This document shows, one piece after another, positions 1 through 10,478 of a DNA stretch of 64,000 nt. Source of the DNA: Promethearchaeota archaeon. Lineage in GTDB: Archaea; Asgardarchaeota; Lokiarchaeia; Sigyniarchaeales; SOKP01. The translations under genes and the position numbers were made by a program. The stretch covers positions 256,001 through 320,000 of the forward strand of contig JAHPZA010000009.1 of assembly GCA_019058445.1 (NCBI GenBank), read 5' to 3'. The stretch's first letter is position 1; each line of letters starts with the position of its first letter. The notes beneath the pieces were generated by a model. That model made no database searches, was not told where the DNA came from, and saw only the letters and a program-made list of their open reading frames with translations.

Positions 1-26
1 ACTTTATAATTCAAAAGTGATATAAG

Positions 27-941
27 ATGACTACAGACTCAGCAGAGGCACCATCGTCTGATATGCATAAGGAATTAGAAAAAAAAGAACCTAAGTTTCA
101 ATACCATTTGTATTTCGTTTTTTTTGGCGCCATATATTTCGGCTCATTTCTACTTCCGGGATTAGTATATATGTTGTATTTTCTTTTAATATTCCAGCCA
201 CTTGTTTTGGAAAATCCCGACTTTTTTTCTCTTTTCACCAATCCCATTTCATTATTAGCTTTTATGTTTTTTCCAATTGCCATGATTATTAGTTATGTTC
301 TCCATTTGGTATTTATCGGAGTTTTTACAAGATTGTTTTGGAGATTCACCGAAAAAATGTGTCCGACTAAAGATGGAATAATCCTACGAACCGTACCAAG
401 TGACACATTAAATTATTATCATTTACGTTCATTTATGATTAAATATGGAAAATATGCATTTACCAAAGGTATGTTTCCATGGTTAGCAAACTGGTTTTAT
501 AATTTTGTGGGCTCAAATAAAATTGGTAAAGGAAGTACTATTGAAGAAGAAATTGTTGCCGATAAATATATTGATGTAGGAGACAATTGTTATATCGGAG
601 TTAATTCAGCAATTTGCTCTCATGTAGTAGAAGGGATATTTGGTCGAATTCCCTATTTTGAAATTAAAATAGGTGATAATGTGACTTGTTCAGTATTTAA
701 TATTGTAGGTCCAGGGGGAGATATAAAAGATAATTCATATTTTTTACCTCTGGCCAGCGTTGCAAAACATCAGACCACGAAAGGTAATAGTAATTATTAT
801 TTTGGTTTACCTGCTCGGAAAATATTTCACAAAAAAATTGTGAATTACTTAAAGATCACTGATGAAGATATTGAAAGAGATAAGCAATTAACCAAAAACC
901 AACAAGAAAGAAAGAAATTAAAAAAAAGTAGAGAGAAATAA
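27..941 (+). CDS. Membrane-anchored hexapeptide-repeat (left-handed beta-helix) acyltransferase-like protein, paralog 1
   Basis: Two N-terminal TM segments, then LbH repeats (KIGKGSTI, IDVGDNCYIG, IKIGDNVTCS) and a terminal YFGLPA motif. Confidence 0.75.
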   Translation: MTTDSAEAPSSDMHKELEKKEPKFQYHLYFVFFGAIYFGSFLLPGLVYMLYFLLIFQPLVLENPDFFSLFTNPISLLAFMFFPIAMIISYVLHLVFIGVFTRLFWRFTEKMCPTKDGIILRTVPSDTLNYYHLRSFMIKYGKYAFTKGMFPWLANWFYNFVGSNKIGKGSTIEEEIVADKYIDVGDNCYIGVNSAICSHVVEGIFGRIPYFEIKIGDNVTCSVFNIVGPGGDIKDNSYFLPLASVAKHQTTKGNSNYYFGLPARKIFHKKIVNYLKITDEDIERDKQLTKNQQERKKLKKSREK

Positions 942-945
942 TTTC

Positions 946-1839
946 ATGAGTGATGCTAAGAATACTGGTTTAGATGATGAGGATGATTTTACACTCGATT
1001 TCACGACGAGTAGTGCGATAAGTAGAGTGAATATTAAATTTTTAGCTATCTACATCCCGATTATCTGGTTGAGTGGAATTCTTACAGGAATCTTCTGGTA
1101 CGAGTGGAATAAGAACAAGCCCCCTATTACAGAAGAATGGGAACCTTGGGTTGGCACATTAATTTTTCTACCTTACGCAATAATAGCTATGTTTTTTATT
1201 TTCATTATATCATGTATGATCCTCAGTAAATTGTTTTTGATTTTAATTAATCTTATTCATAAACCGAGAGAAGGGGTTTTTAGAGCGGAAATAGGGGATG
1301 CTGATTTTGAGTTCTGGTGCTTGCGAACCGAACTTAAAAAGCTTGTTTTATGGCTTATGCGTAATTTTCCAATACCATGGTTAGATTCTTTGGCTTTTAA
1401 ATGGTTTGGCGTAAAAATGGATAGTTCAAGCCATATGCCAGATGCGTGGTGTGATATAGAGTTTGTCAGATTAGGACGTAGAGTTTTGGTCGGACAAGGT
1501 GCTGTAGTAATGAGTTCGATGGTAATTGGGAATTATTTAATTATTAAAGAAGTTATTCTTGACGATTATACTGTTATTGGTGGAATGTCATGCGTTTCAC
1601 CGGGAACAATAACTGGAAGAGATGTACTTTTGGGTGCAATTTCCGCAACAGTTTTAAATCAGCTTTTAGAAACTGGATGGATCTACTTCGGAATCCCCGC
1701 AATTAAACTTAAGCCTAATAAACTTGCCTTTGTATCTGAAATAACGAAAAGCTCTGTAGATGATGAACAAAAGGTTATCGTTGCGCAAGAGATTAATATC
1801 GAAGAGGATAAAAAGGAAAAACTAAAAGAGAGGTTATGA
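946..1839 (+). CDS. Membrane-anchored hexapeptide-repeat acyltransferase-like protein, paralog 2
   Basis: Two TM segments, HKPREG, LbH repeats (VRLGRRVLVGQGAVV, VILDDYTVIG), IYFGIPA; 4 nt after the previous gene. Confidence 0.75.
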   Translation: MSDAKNTGLDDEDDFTLDFTTSSAISRVNIKFLAIYIPIIWLSGILTGIFWYEWNKNKPPITEEWEPWVGTLIFLPYAIIAMFFIFIISCMILSKLFLILINLIHKPREGVFRAEIGDADFEFWCLRTELKKLVLWLMRNFPIPWLDSLAFKWFGVKMDSSSHMPDAWCDIEFVRLGRRVLVGQGAVVMSSMVIGNYLIIKEVILDDYTVIGGMSCVSPGTITGRDVLLGAISATVLNQLLETGWIYFGIPAIKLKPNKLAFVSEITKSSVDDEQKVIVAQEINIEEDKKEKLKERL

Positions 1840-1840
1840 A

Positions 1841-2758
1841 ATGTCAGTTCCTACATCAATGAGGGTTGGGCCGTTTACTCCAACTGTTTTAGTAAAGAAA
1901 AGATATTTAATCTTTTACATCTTTTTGATTTGGATTAGCATTATCCCAGTTTTACTTGAGTTTTGGTTTTATTGGCAATGGTTATACGACCCAATTCGAC
2001 CCGTTCACTTTTACATTTTTCTTCCGCTTTTATTTTTTGTAATGTATCTGACAATGGTATTCACGTCGCTGCTATTTGCGAAGATTTTTTTAGGTATTGC
2101 AAACACGATTCATAAACCTAAAGAAGGTATATTCCTTAGAGATGCTTCGGATAAAGATTATAGATATTGGAGCCTTAGAAATACCATTAAGAGATGGCCA
2201 GTCTGGCTTGCTCATAAATTTCCTTTTCCTTTTTTAGATAATGTATGCTTTAAAGCATTTGGTGTAAAGACTACGTTTACTAATTCGCTTTTTGAAGGTT
2301 GGGTGGATTGTGAATTTATTGAATTTGGGAAAAATGTGGTTGTAGGGCAAGGAAGCATTATTCAAAGTGCTATGATCGTTGGAAATCTCATCATAATCCG
2401 AAAAACTATAATCGATGATGATGTAAGAATTGGTGCCCATGCAGTAGTTATGCCTGGTACTCATATTGGTAAACGAAGTGTATTGGCTGCCAATTCTGTT
2501 ACGATTGTTGGGCAAGAGCTCGAGGATGAATATATCTATATAGGCATTCCATGTAAAAAATATAAGAAAAATAGATTTTTTGAGGATGGCTTAGAAGAAG
2601 TATTTGGTCATGCAGAGGATGTAGAGGGATTAAGGCAAAAATACGAAGAAATGTATATTAAGCGCCATGATCAGCATCAAAGTATTAAAGAAAGAATAGA
2701 GCATAGGAAAGAGATAAAAGAAAAAGAAAAAAGGCTGAAAGAACAACAAGAACCCTAA
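1841..2758 (+). CDS. Membrane-anchored hexapeptide-repeat acyltransferase-like protein, paralog 3
   Basis: Two TM segments, HKPKEG, IEFGKNVVVGQGSII, IIDDDVRIGAHAVV, IYIGIPC; 1 nt after the previous gene. Confidence 0.75.
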   Translation: MSVPTSMRVGPFTPTVLVKKRYLIFYIFLIWISIIPVLLEFWFYWQWLYDPIRPVHFYIFLPLLFFVMYLTMVFTSLLFAKIFLGIANTIHKPKEGIFLRDASDKDYRYWSLRNTIKRWPVWLAHKFPFPFLDNVCFKAFGVKTTFTNSLFEGWVDCEFIEFGKNVVVGQGSIIQSAMIVGNLIIIRKTIIDDDVRIGAHAVVMPGTHIGKRSVLAANSVTIVGQELEDEYIYIGIPCKKYKKNRFFEDGLEEVFGHAEDVEGLRQKYEEMYIKRHDQHQSIKERIEHRKEIKEKEKRLKEQQEP

Positions 2759-2867
2759 TACATTCATTTATAATAATAACAGTATCTTTTCATTTTAGAA
2801 TTTTTTTCTCATTTTAAATACTTGTTTTGTAAATTTATTTTAAAGATAAAAATTAATTTGAATTCCC

Positions 2868-3734
2868 ATGGACATTACTTTCTTGAATAAATTTGAAGCG
2901 AGAAAAATACTTACTGAGAAAGATCAATTCATTTTATCCTTAAGTCCTTTTGATCGTGCTTCGAGACTAAAAACTGAATCGCAAGTCTCGCAAAATACGT
3001 TTTTAAATTTTATTTCTAAACAAACCTTAGATTGGGGTTCATTTGAGTGCACCTCGATTGAATCGATATTGGACTCAATTATATCTAAACTTGATAAGTA
3101 TTCTTTAAAATTTCCAAGGAAAATTTCTATTATAAAGACTACGGGTAAAGAAGAAGGGAACGCAGCCTATTGCCGTGGGAATGCGATAATACTACCTCAA
3201 TCATTTGTAAATACTCCATATACCTTGAAGAATCTATTAACCCATGAACTATTTCATATTTATTCAAAAAACAATCCTACTAAGAGAAGTGAATTATACA
3301 AACAAATCGGATTTTTCGAATGTTCAGAATTAGAATTTCCGGAGGAATTAAGTGCGTTAAAAATTACCAACCCCGATGCCCCCATAATTAGCTGTTATTT
3401 CGAGGATAAGGACCAAAAATTAATGCCCATGTTGTTTTCTAACGAGCCATATAATATGAAAAAAAGGGGGGAATTTTTCGATTATCTTGAATTTAGATTA
3501 CTGGGAGTAGAGCTCAATAAAGAATGTTTTAGTCCGCTATATAAAAATGGCAGGCTACAGTTATTTCGTTCAGATGATATTCAATCATACGTCCAAAAAA
3601 TAGGTTTAAATACTGACTATATAATCCACCCCGAAGAGATTTTAGCTGAGAACTTCGTTTTATTAGTGAATAATTCAAGATATATTAGGAGTCCTGAAAT
3701 CTTAGAAAGAATTAACAAGGTTTTAAGTCAATAA
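2868..3734 (+). CDS. Putative zincin-like metallopeptidase
   Basis: HEXXH motif (THELFH) and downstream HPEEILAENF supplying a likely third Glu ligand. Confidence 0.6.
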   Translation: MDITFLNKFEARKILTEKDQFILSLSPFDRASRLKTESQVSQNTFLNFISKQTLDWGSFECTSIESILDSIISKLDKYSLKFPRKISIIKTTGKEEGNAAYCRGNAIILPQSFVNTPYTLKNLLTHELFHIYSKNNPTKRSELYKQIGFFECSELEFPEELSALKITNPDAPIISCYFEDKDQKLMPMLFSNEPYNMKKRGEFFDYLEFRLLGVELNKECFSPLYKNGRLQLFRSDDIQSYVQKIGLNTDYIIHPEEILAENFVLLVNNSRYIRSPEILERINKVLSQ

Positions 3735-3740
3735 AGATGG

Positions 3741-4949
3741 TTAAATTAGAAGTGATTTGAGCTCTAAGGTTTTGATTGATTCCGGAAGCTGTTCAATTGG
3801 ATTATTCTTTACATTCAAATAATATAATGACTTTAACTTGCTTAATTTTTCAGGAATTTTTTGAATATAATTGTTTTCTAAGTCTAATACTTCGAGTAAA
3901 TTCAGTGATCCTATTGAGTCTGGAATACGCTTTATCTTATTATTACTTAGCCATAAGACTTTAAGTGAGGAATTTGAACCGATCGACTCTGGAATGAGTT
4001 CGATTTGATTATCTCTTAAATCTAAGTACTCTAAGCTTTTTAAATTGCCTATAGAATCAGGGATTATCTTTATTTGGTTATCTCGCAAGTTTAGATAATG
4101 TAATGCTTCTAGGTTATCAATCCAATGAGGTATCGATTTAATCTCATTATGGTCTAAATCCAACCGAAAATTTTTCACTGATTTAACTTTAGCTAAAAAA
4201 CCGGGGATAGATTGAAATCTATTCCAACCCAAATCTAAAAATTTAAGGCGAGAGAGTTCATCTATGGATGTAGGTAAAATCTTTAATTCGTTGCAACTCA
4301 AGTTGAGATATTTTAGTTTTTCTAAGTTCTTTATAGATTCTGGAAGACTTTCTGGTTTCCAATTTGATAAGCTTATCGCTTTCACGCGTCTATTTTTGAT
4401 TATCACTAAAATGTTATTTCCGTAAATTACCTTACGTTCAGAATGGGAATCAGCATCCATAAATGAATCGGGATTTAATCCAATATCCAATAAAAATCCG
4501 ACTTCTTTTGGGATAACACCAAAATTTACAGAGATTGCTTCTAACCTTTTTGAGTATTCTATTTTTAAAATATTGCGATAATGGTTCTCTAAATTTTTAA
4601 TTAAATTATTAATTGTAATTAATACATGGGAAGAGTTATCATTTTGAATAATCCATTTTAGAGGATCCACTATTTCTTCTGGAAAAAGTGAGACAATTAC
4701 TTTAGCAGCAACAGCTCTAACAATTTGGCTTTCATCAGATATTAGAAGATTCTCTAAAAAATCAAATACTTTTTTATTTTTTAGTGATAAGTTTTCAAAC
4801 ACATTCACATATTTAGCGCGAGTTTGTTCGGAATTAGATCCTTCAATTAAAGAAATTAAAACATTAGCCGCCTCGGATTTACTCATATTATTATTTCTAA
4901 TAAGCTTTTGCAATTCTTTTAGAGTATATGTGTTGCTTATAAAGGCCAC
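3741..4949 (-). CDS. HEAT-repeat plus leucine-rich-repeat protein
   Basis: N-terminal HEAT-like SDESQIVRAVAAKVI; multiple LxxLxLxxNxIxxIP repeats. The true start may be ATA at 4940. Confidence 0.85.
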   Translation of the reverse strand: MAFISNTYTLKELQKLIRNNNMSKSEAANVLISLIEGSNSEQTRAKYVNVFENLSLKNKKVFDFLENLLISDESQIVRAVAAKVIVSLFPEEIVDPLKWIIQNDNSSHVLITINNLIKNLENHYRNILKIEYSKRLEAISVNFGVIPKEVGFLLDIGLNPDSFMDADSHSERKVIYGNNILVIIKNRRVKAISLSNWKPESLPESIKNLEKLKYLNLSCNELKILPTSIDELSRLKFLDLGWNRFQSIPGFLAKVKSVKNFRLDLDHNEIKSIPHWIDNLEALHYLNLRDNQIKIIPDSIGNLKSLEYLDLRDNQIELIPESIGSNSSLKVLWLSNNKIKRIPDSIGSLNLLEVLDLENNYIQKIPEKLSKLKSLYYLNVKNNPIEQLPESIKTLELKSLLI

Positions 4950-4986
4950 CTTTAACTAATTTGTATCTCTTCTTTTTTTATTTACT

Positions 4987-5811
4987 TTAAAAATAGTTTT
5001 CAATCTTTTTTCTGATTTCTTCTAATTCCTCATCTTCTATGAATTGGTGATCCACGCCTTTAATTATATCTATTTCAGGGATTAAGTTAGATGGTTGCAT
5101 TATAGTAGTAACTTCAGAAATGGGAGTTATTTTGTCTTTTTCTCCAATAATTATTTTGAGTTTTTTATTTTTCAAGCGTCTAATTATTGTATTGATCTTA
5201 AAATCTTTTTTAGATAACTCTTTTTTAGTTTTTCTTATAAAACTTTCCACATTATCTATACCCCGGATGTTACCCTGAAGAAACTGGTTTATATAATTCA
5301 AGACTTTTTTAAACTCTTCATTATAAACATGCTGTTCTACGTTTAGGATAGGGCTAATTAATAACAATTTATTTATTAATTTAGTTTTTGAACATAAAAT
5401 TAAAGCAATATATGCTCCAAAGTCATGAGCTAAGATATTAACATTTTTCAAATCAAAAATTCCTCTATGAGCCAGTTTTTCTGCGAATTCAATGATCTTT
5501 ATTGCGTCAGTATATTGTCCCTTAATTGATACTACCCCATCGCTATACCTATAACCTCTAAAATTAAAAATCATAAATGCAAATCCTCCATCCAAGATAT
5601 ACTCATAGTTTCTTACAATTTCTTGCAAAGGAAAGAGCTGAGGAAAACCGTGAAAATAAATGACTAATGGATATGGTTTTTGAAAAGAATTTGGGGGAAA
5701 ATATAACAATCCTTTAAGAAATTCTCCCTTATTATCAATCTCAATCTCAATCTCGATAACTTCGTAAGGACCATCAAACTGTTTCTCTTTGAATTCCAAT
5801 AGAACAACCAC
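4987..5811 (-). CDS. Alpha/beta-fold hydrolase
   Basis: HGFP oxyanion motif, FNFRG, nucleophile elbow AHDFGA, GEKD acid, GVDH His. Confidence 0.8.
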   Translation of the reverse strand: MVVLLEFKEKQFDGPYEVIEIEIEIDNKGEFLKGLLYFPPNSFQKPYPLVIYFHGFPQLFPLQEIVRNYEYILDGGFAFMIFNFRGYRYSDGVVSIKGQYTDAIKIIEFAEKLAHRGIFDLKNVNILAHDFGAYIALILCSKTKLINKLLLISPILNVEQHVYNEEFKKVLNYINQFLQGNIRGIDNVESFIRKTKKELSKKDFKINTIIRRLKNKKLKIIIGEKDKITPISEVTTIMQPSNLIPEIDIIKGVDHQFIEDEELEEIRKKIENYF

Positions 5812-5864
5812 TAATATATCATAACCAATAATTTTAACTTATTTAACATATTTCATAAGGTATA

Positions 5865-6716
5865 ATGAAATTAGAAGATTGGCATACTCATAGTGAACTA
5901 TGTCGACACGCAGTAGGAACAATTGAGGATTATATCAAAAAAGCTGTGGATTTTAATTTAACCACTATTGGAGTATCCGATCATTTTCCCTATGATTTTC
6001 TTTCTAATATTGAAAGAATACCTTATAAGGAATATGCTATAACTTTAGGAGAAATCGAGCATTACTTATCTCTTGCAGAAAATTTGAGGGATAAGTATGA
6101 GTCTAAAATAAATGTGAGGATAGGGTTTGAAATCGACTTCTTTGAAAATCAAGAACCTGCGCTCAATTCACAACTAGAAAAGATTATCGATAGGTTGGAT
6201 TATATCTATGGATCAATACATATATTAAATTTTAACGATGGAAAGGGTGCTTGGGGATTTGATGATAGTAGATTTAGAGAGGATTACCAATCTTATGGTC
6301 CCGATAGGGTTTATATGGAATATTATAAAACACAGGAGAAAATGCTTACATCTAACCATTTTCAATTGGATATACTCAGCCATTTTGATTTGCCCAAAAA
6401 ATTTAATGATTTTCCACAAAACAAAGAGCCGATTGAAAATGAAATTCTTAAAATTCTTGATCTCGTGAGAAAAAAGGATTTGGCAATTGAAATTAATACA
6501 GCAGGTTTAAGAAAAGAAGTAAAGGAGCAATATCCCAGTAAAGAAATTATTTTAAGAATGTATGAATATGATATTCCGATCGTGTTAGGGTCAGATGCTC
6601 ATAATCCTGATGAAGTTGCTTGGGAATTTAAAAAAACAGGTAGAATGCTTAAACAGATTGGATATAATCAATTAGCACATTTTCATCAAAGAAAAAGAAC
6701 TTCGATTGAATTATAA
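5865..6716 (+). CDS. PHP-family histidinol-phosphatase (HisJ/HisK-like)
   Basis: DWHTHS, SDH, GSIH, HFDLPKKF, EINTAG and GSDAH motifs. Confidence 0.85.
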   Translation: MKLEDWHTHSELCRHAVGTIEDYIKKAVDFNLTTIGVSDHFPYDFLSNIERIPYKEYAITLGEIEHYLSLAENLRDKYESKINVRIGFEIDFFENQEPALNSQLEKIIDRLDYIYGSIHILNFNDGKGAWGFDDSRFREDYQSYGPDRVYMEYYKTQEKMLTSNHFQLDILSHFDLPKKFNDFPQNKEPIENEILKILDLVRKKDLAIEINTAGLRKEVKEQYPSKEIILRMYEYDIPIVLGSDAHNPDEVAWEFKKTGRMLKQIGYNQLAHFHQRKRTSIEL

Positions 6717-6739
6717 TAAAATTCAGAGGATAATTTTTT

Positions 6740-7456
6740 ATGTCTGAGAAAAAAAAAGATAAATGTGAAATATGTGGAAAAGATTTAGTATATGCAAAAG
6801 TACCAAAAGAATATAGAAATATTAAGTGTGAGTTTTGCGGCAAATTATTCAATGCGAACACATTTTGTGAAGATGGACACTATATTTGTGATTCCTGCCA
6901 TTCAAAAGGTCCGATAGAGGTGATAGAAGACATTTGCGAATCAACTGATATTAAAGATCCATTTTTATTGGCAGACATGATTATGCAACATCCAAAATTT
7001 AAAATGTATGGTCCAGAACATCATGTGTTAACTCCAGCAGTAATTTTAACGAGTTTAAAGAATAATAACATAAAAAAATCCGATGGTACAGAGATTGCAC
7101 AATTTGATATAAAGGAAGCTATCAGAAGAGCTTCTAAAATTCCAGGGGGTTGGTGCGGTTTTTATGGATCCTGTGGATCAGGAATGGGGTCTGGGATCGC
7201 AATCAGTATTTTTACGGGAGCAACACCCGCAACCGATAAAGAGAGAACGCTCGCAAATAAGATGACATCCCGGGCGTTAGCTAAAATTGCAGACAATTTG
7301 GAGCATTGTTGTAAAAGATCTGTTCGATTAAGTATTTGCGAAGCATTAGATTTTTTAGCTGAACATTTTCACATTAAATTAGATTACCATCCGAGCAAAT
7401 GTGAATTTTCCACCTTAAATAATAAATGTGAAAAACAGAATTGCCCCATTTTCTGA
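6740..7456 (+). CDS. Cys-rich DUF5714-like protein
   Basis: N-terminal CxxC clusters, MYGPEHH, PGGWCGFYGSCG, HCCKRS. Confidence 0.65.
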   Translation: MSEKKKDKCEICGKDLVYAKVPKEYRNIKCEFCGKLFNANTFCEDGHYICDSCHSKGPIEVIEDICESTDIKDPFLLADMIMQHPKFKMYGPEHHVLTPAVILTSLKNNNIKKSDGTEIAQFDIKEAIRRASKIPGGWCGFYGSCGSGMGSGIAISIFTGATPATDKERTLANKMTSRALAKIADNLEHCCKRSVRLSICEALDFLAEHFHIKLDYHPSKCEFSTLNNKCEKQNCPIF

Positions 7457-7475
7457 ATTATATGGGAACAATAAA

Positions 7476-8297
7476 TTATATCTTTCTTCCTCTAAGCCAT
7501 GAATCCATCACTAAAGGATTAAGAAGGCGGATATGCGCAGGATCTTTTGTTCTAAAGACAAGATGATTATTTTCATTTTTTCCTATAATAGCCATTAAGA
7601 GTTCTTCACCATCTCTATTTAAAAGATATCGATCAGCTCCATCAAAATGTCGTAAAGATATATTATCAAGAGATTCATACTCATCCAATAATTCCACATG
7701 CTCCTCGATTCCGGGATTGATCTCACATGAAATTTTGATGCTTACCGATGATCTCACTTCATAAAGATATAACTCTTGTAGGTCATCAATCTTAGGAACC
7801 GCAATAGTAACACTACTTATGGATTCTTGTATGATTTTACGCATTTCTTCTAGAATTTCTGATTTTGTAATCTCTTGGTTTGAAAAATCTATAATTTTGG
7901 ATTCTAAGGATGCAATTCCACTTTTTCGTAGTTTTTCATTTTCATTTTCTAATTTTTCTAAGTCCTCATCTGCTTTTGCTAACTCGTCATTTAAAAGTTC
8001 AATTTCTTTTCTGAGTTCTTCGATTTCTTTATCCTTTTCTGTAATAATATTTTCATCTACGGATGTAGATGCCATGGATCTAATTTGATCTTCTTTTAAA
8101 TTAATTGTTTTTTCTAAAGTTGCAATTTTAGCGTCTTTAGTACTTAAAGAAGTCTCTAAAATGTTGATCTGTTCATCTTTTAATTGTAAAGAATCTTTGA
8201 TTGTGTCTAATTGATTATCCTTGAGTTTAATTGAATCTTGAAGTGTCTTTATTAAATTTTCTTTAGTCTCAAGTTGTTTCTTATATTGTTCTTCCAT
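7476..8297 (-). CDS. Coiled-coil protein with C-terminal TrmB/PLD-like alpha/beta domain
   Basis: 14-residue LKDxQ repeats in the N-terminal half; C-terminal SVTIAVP...RDGEELL pattern with no HKD motif. Confidence 0.55.
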   Translation of the reverse strand: MEEQYKKQLETKENLIKTLQDSIKLKDNQLDTIKDSLQLKDEQINILETSLSTKDAKIATLEKTINLKEDQIRSMASTSVDENIITEKDKEIEELRKEIELLNDELAKADEDLEKLENENEKLRKSGIASLESKIIDFSNQEITKSEILEEMRKIIQESISSVTIAVPKIDDLQELYLYEVRSSVSIKISCEINPGIEEHVELLDEYESLDNISLRHFDGADRYLLNRDGEELLMAIIGKNENNHLVFRTKDPAHIRLLNPLVMDSWLRGRKI

Positions 8298-8473
8298 AAT
8301 TGGGATTCAAATTTTTTTTCTTAAATATTTAAAACAAATTAGTACTTATAAACTAATTGGATACAAATAAGTTTATTCTAGTAATAGCCATTTCAATTAA
8401 TCTTATAATTTAACCTATAATTTTTTTTTCACTTTAGCATATCTTTAAATTTTAAACTTTTAATATAATTAAT

Positions 8474-9217
8474 ATGGTAGATACACCCGAGGAAAGTCTG
8501 AAGCAATTGCAAGCAGATATATATGACTTAATTGAAAAAGGAATAAGTGAAGATTCCGCCATATTAGGGATAAATATTGGAACTCATGGAGGGACATTTC
8601 TAGGAAACTATTTTAATGAAGAGACGAAATTATCAAAACTTGAAATTGCTGCTGCAACCTCAAGTTTATTATTTTTATCCTCAAAGACATTAATGGGCTC
8701 ATTAATGCAAGAAATTTCATATAACATCATAACCGGGAAGGAAAAAATGATTCTCGCCATTTTAACAGAAAATATTACTATGATTTCATACCTAAATCGT
8801 GAACTGGCAGAATTGGAAGGAGTAAGTCACTATATATATAAAATGAAGCAATTAGCTTTACAGGTATCGGCTTTTGTAGAAACATCAGAGTTTATTAGAG
8901 AAGAAATCTTTGTAGCGGTAAAAAGAACCATACCATCCGCGATTATGTTAGGAATAATTTCGAGGGAGGGAATACCTATTAAAATTCAATCTACTATGCC
9001 GGAACCGGTGATTTCGGCAATGATATCTGCTCTTTATAACTTATCTGACGTGCTTTTGGAAGATCAGATTGTGGAATACTCTATAATTGCTGGCGAAAAT
9101 GGCTCGATTATTCTTCATGAATTAGATGAGCATAGGATTTTATTTGTCGCTGTGCCTGAAGCAGATGAGAGTAAGTTAGGTTCATATATAGCAAAAATAA
9201 AAACTATCATTAAATAA
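8474..9217 (+). CDS. Tandem Roadblock/LAMTOR-like domain protein
   Basis: Two roughly 120-aa repeats (EIAAATSSLLFLS...IITGKE; VISAMISALYNLS...IIAGENG) with the roadblock helix-strand pattern. Confidence 0.7.
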   Translation: MVDTPEESLKQLQADIYDLIEKGISEDSAILGINIGTHGGTFLGNYFNEETKLSKLEIAAATSSLLFLSSKTLMGSLMQEISYNIITGKEKMILAILTENITMISYLNRELAELEGVSHYIYKMKQLALQVSAFVETSEFIREEIFVAVKRTIPSAIMLGIISREGIPIKIQSTMPEPVISAMISALYNLSDVLLEDQIVEYSIIAGENGSIILHELDEHRILFVAVPEADESKLGSYIAKIKTIIK

Positions 9218-9221
9218 AGAA

Positions 9222-10478
9222 CTAGTTATTTGGTTTACAAATTCTATTTATTTCATCGATGATTTTTAAAGCTCCAAAGTAGGATTCCGAAAAATTTTTA
9301 CCCTTATATAGCACAGTACAGATTGGATCGCCTTTTAAAATTTTTACATCTTGCTCACTTTTATCATGAACATTTTCAAGGCTATTAATTTTCATTAGCT
9401 GGTTTTTCTCAAGATCATTAGGAGCAAACATGATTAATTTTGTAGCAAATGTTTTGGATTTGGCAACATTTATTGTTTTTTTCACGTACTTCCATTTCGA
9501 TTTATTAAAACTTTTCACATGTAAATCTAATAGGTTAAGATTTAAGGATGATTCTGAAACCCTGATTGACCCTGGAATTCTAGGATTGATTTCCATTAAA
9601 TACGGATAGTGATCTTTTAGCACAAAATCAAAACCATTTATTCCTCTTAAATTTAGTTCATTAGCTAAAGTCTTAGATATTTCTGAAATTAATATATTAT
9701 CTTTGTTAAACAAATTAGCAGGCACGATATTACCGCAATACATGAATTCTTTTGGCGAGTTGACGAATTTTTCACCTATAATTTGTCGATTAATTGAAAT
9801 AATCACGCATTCTTTTCCATTAGAAATAGTTGTACAACTTACTGGGATACCTTCTAAATACTCTTGCACTAACCATTCCGATTCAATAAAACTTTTAGTT
9901 TCCTGTAATTTTAGAAATAGCGATAACGCACTTTGATTCTCAATTTTATAGACATTTATCCCTCCAGCTCCAGACTTTTTCTTCATCACAAAAGGGAATC
10001 GAGCTTTAACATCTATTGCTTTGAAATCTTCATAAGAAATGGTTAAAGGAACCTTATAACCTTTAGATATTAAAAAATCGTATGAGTATTTGATATCTCG
10101 TGCCTTTTTAATAACTTCTATAGAGTTATTCAAATTATTTATTTTGTATTGATAATTGTTTATTGCTTCCAAAATTTTCTCCCTTTCCTCATAAGCATCA
10201 TCCATACCACTTCCTATTATTAAATTTTCTATCTCTGAATGCTTTTTTAGCATATCAATGGTAAACTTAGCTAAAAAAACGTTATATTTATCTCTTATCA
10301 AATTATAGTTCGAATGTAATTCTCTCATTATAATTAGGCTGTCATTCACATTCGGAAATAAATCTATATCTCCAAAGAAGTCTACTGCGTAAACCTCATA
10401 TCCCGCCTTTTTTAGGGAATAAGCTATAGGACGAGTATTAAATCCTACAACTAATACCGATTTTGATTTTTTATCCAT
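9222..10478 (-). CDS. ATP-grasp domain protein (archaeal carboligase-like)
   Basis: VDFFGDID, KKKSGAGG, LVQEYLEG, GINGFDF, MEINPR. Confidence 0.8.
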   Translation of the reverse strand: MDKKSKSVLVVGFNTRPIAYSLKKAGYEVYAVDFFGDIDLFPNVNDSLIIMRELHSNYNLIRDKYNVFLAKFTIDMLKKHSEIENLIIGSGMDDAYEEREKILEAINNYQYKINNLNNSIEVIKKARDIKYSYDFLISKGYKVPLTISYEDFKAIDVKARFPFVMKKKSGAGGINVYKIENQSALSLFLKLQETKSFIESEWLVQEYLEGIPVSCTTISNGKECVIISINRQIIGEKFVNSPKEFMYCGNIVPANLFNKDNILISEISKTLANELNLRGINGFDFVLKDHYPYLMEINPRIPGSIRVSESSLNLNLLDLHVKSFNKSKWKYVKKTINVAKSKTFATKLIMFAPNDLEKNQLMKINSLENVHDKSEQDVKILKGDPICTVLYKGKNFSESYFGALKIIDEINRICKPNN

